Positions 63,119 through 64,000 of a stretch of DNA of 64,000 nt are shown here, piece by piece. The DNA comes from a virus (Duplodnaviria; Caudoviricetes), in the IMG/VR virus record IMGVR_UViG_3300009085_000025, positions 1 to 64,000 of that record. One strand, 5' to 3'. A program made the position numbers and the translations under genes. Numbering within the stretch: the first letter of the stretch is position 1; each line of letters starts with the position of its first letter. Below the pieces are notes generated by a model. The model saw only the letters and a list, made by a program, of their open reading frames with translations. It had not been told where the DNA came from and ran no database searches.

Positions 63119-63490
63119 TTAGTGACCGTAATTACAGCCAATTTTTGCCATTTGATTTCCGATGAAAATATTTTCATCCATAAATCCACAACAACCTTGT
63201 TCTTTTTGTTCAAGGTAATCATAAAATTTATTTGAGAATTCATCATATTCTTCATCGGAAATTTCACGAAATTCATCTGCGCCAAACCAAAATGGTTGCC
63301 AACAAAATCTCAAATTATCCATGCAATCATCTTCATGCAAAATATCGCGATACCCTTCTGCTTCTTCAATTGTGTTGAAGTGTTTATAAAATTCCCCTTG
63401 AAATTCTACATCTGGAAGAATTCTGAAACAATTTGGGCATGTTCCATTTACTTCACAATCTTCTCCATCATGACAAATTACGCAATCCAT
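63119..63490 (-). CDS. Acidic Cys-rich phage early protein
   Basis: C.DN.RF....GCCG..D...IGCNYGH motif; AGGAG RBS. Confidence 0.7.
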   Translation of the reverse strand: MDCVICHDGEDCEVNGTCPNCFRILPDVEFQGEFYKHFNTIEEAEGYRDILHEDDCMDNLRFCWQPFWFGADEFREISDEEYDEFSNKFYDYLEQKEQGCCGFMDENIFIGNQMAKIGCNYGH

Positions 63491-63509
63491 AATATTGCTC
63501 CTTTTTTAT

Positions 63510-63557
63510 ATTATAATTCACTCAAGCCAATTTGTCAAATTTTCACCTGACAAATTG
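63510..63557 (-). promoter_or_regulatory. Hairpin-promoter cassette, -35 in stem
   Basis: 11-bp IR CCAATTTGTCA-9-TGACAAATTGG; TTGACA-17-TATAAT consensus. Confidence 0.88.
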
Positions 63558-63586
63558 GATGGAACTGAATTATAAAATATTGTTGT

Positions 63587-63769
63587 TTATTCAATTTCCA
63601 CGATGAAAAGTTTGTTTTCTACGATGTAATTCACGGCGTCCAAATTTGCCGCTGACAAATCGTAGAAATCACCATTCTTTTCAAATAACCATCCTGAAAA
63701 TTGGGTGAAACCTTGTTCTTGCAATCGTAAAACCACTGATTTGCTAGGATTCTTGCTGAATGTAAACAT
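63587..63769 (-). CDS. Hypothetical protein
   Basis: AGGAG RBS. Confidence 0.6.
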   Translation of the reverse strand: MFTFSKNPSKSVVLRLQEQGFTQFSGWLFEKNGDFYDLSAANLDAVNYIVENKLFIVEIE

Positions 63770-63802
63770 ATTATTTCTCCTTTATATAATTTGATTGAAA
63801 TG

Positions 63803-63988
63803 TTATTGTTTGATTAATTTTCCACAGAATGCTTCTGTCTGTAAAATCGCGGCATCCTTGCCCACATGCGTACTTTTACTGACAAAAACATCATTTTGAA
63901 ATCTGATTTCAGAGCCCCACAATTTTCCTTCGATGTGCCAGATTTTTACGATATATCGCCCGTTCTCAGAAATATATTTTTCTTCCAT
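63803..63988 (-). CDS. Hypothetical protein
   Basis: AGGAG RBS. Confidence 0.6.
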   Translation of the reverse strand: MEEKYISENGRYIVKIWHIEGKLWGSEIRFQNDVFVSKSTHVGKDAAILQTEAFCGKLIKQ

Positions 63989-64000
63989 TTTTTCTCCTAT

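Noticed and set aside
40243-63557. CRISPR array interpretation of the repeated palindromes
   Set aside because: Units are 0.5-2.7 kb apart with whole genes between them, repeat sequences are not identical, and there is no cas operon
40243-63557. Integron attC cassette array
   Set aside because: No integron integrase in the window, the elements lack the RYYYAAC/GTTRRRY core and extrahelical-base pattern, and many contain promoters
1-64000. Stop-codon reassignment
   Set aside because: Long genes are intact in the standard code, genes end in TAA, TAG and TGA, and there is no suppressor tRNA

Overview
Segment of a large, AT-rich tailed dsDNA phage genome with a siphovirus-type tail module. Bases 1-9,890 (+ strand) encode the tape-measure C-terminus, Dit, a Tal/hub-type tail protein, baseplate and fibre proteins and a LamG adhesin, ending at a bidirectional terminator. 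All genes I call from 9,934 to 64,000 are on the - strand. 10-26 kb is a nucleotide-metabolism and replication block (dNMP kinase, 5'-nucleotidase, DnaE-type Pol III alpha, PD-(D/E)XK nuclease, primase-helicase, two DNA methyltransferases, SSB, Sak4-like ATPase, ThyX-like protein). 16-30 kb holds six CCA-less tRNA genes, two ~150-nt structured RNAs each wedged between a tRNA pair, and a nucleotidyltransferase. 30-64 kb is a hyperplastic early/host-takeover region of about 80 short ORFs (ArdA-like, HicA-like, DUF932-like, C39-like peptidase, SH3 lipoprotein, orphan ATPase). Two candidate undescribed systems stand out. (1) About 19 intergenic hairpin-promoter cassettes between 40 and 64 kb, in three families with conserved flanks but different stems, several with the -35 box in the hairpin loop. 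(2) A tRNA/ncRNA/nucleotidyltransferase locus in which all six tRNAs encode C74 but not CCA. GATC appears strongly avoided. All product calls come from motif recognition by eye; no database searches were run.
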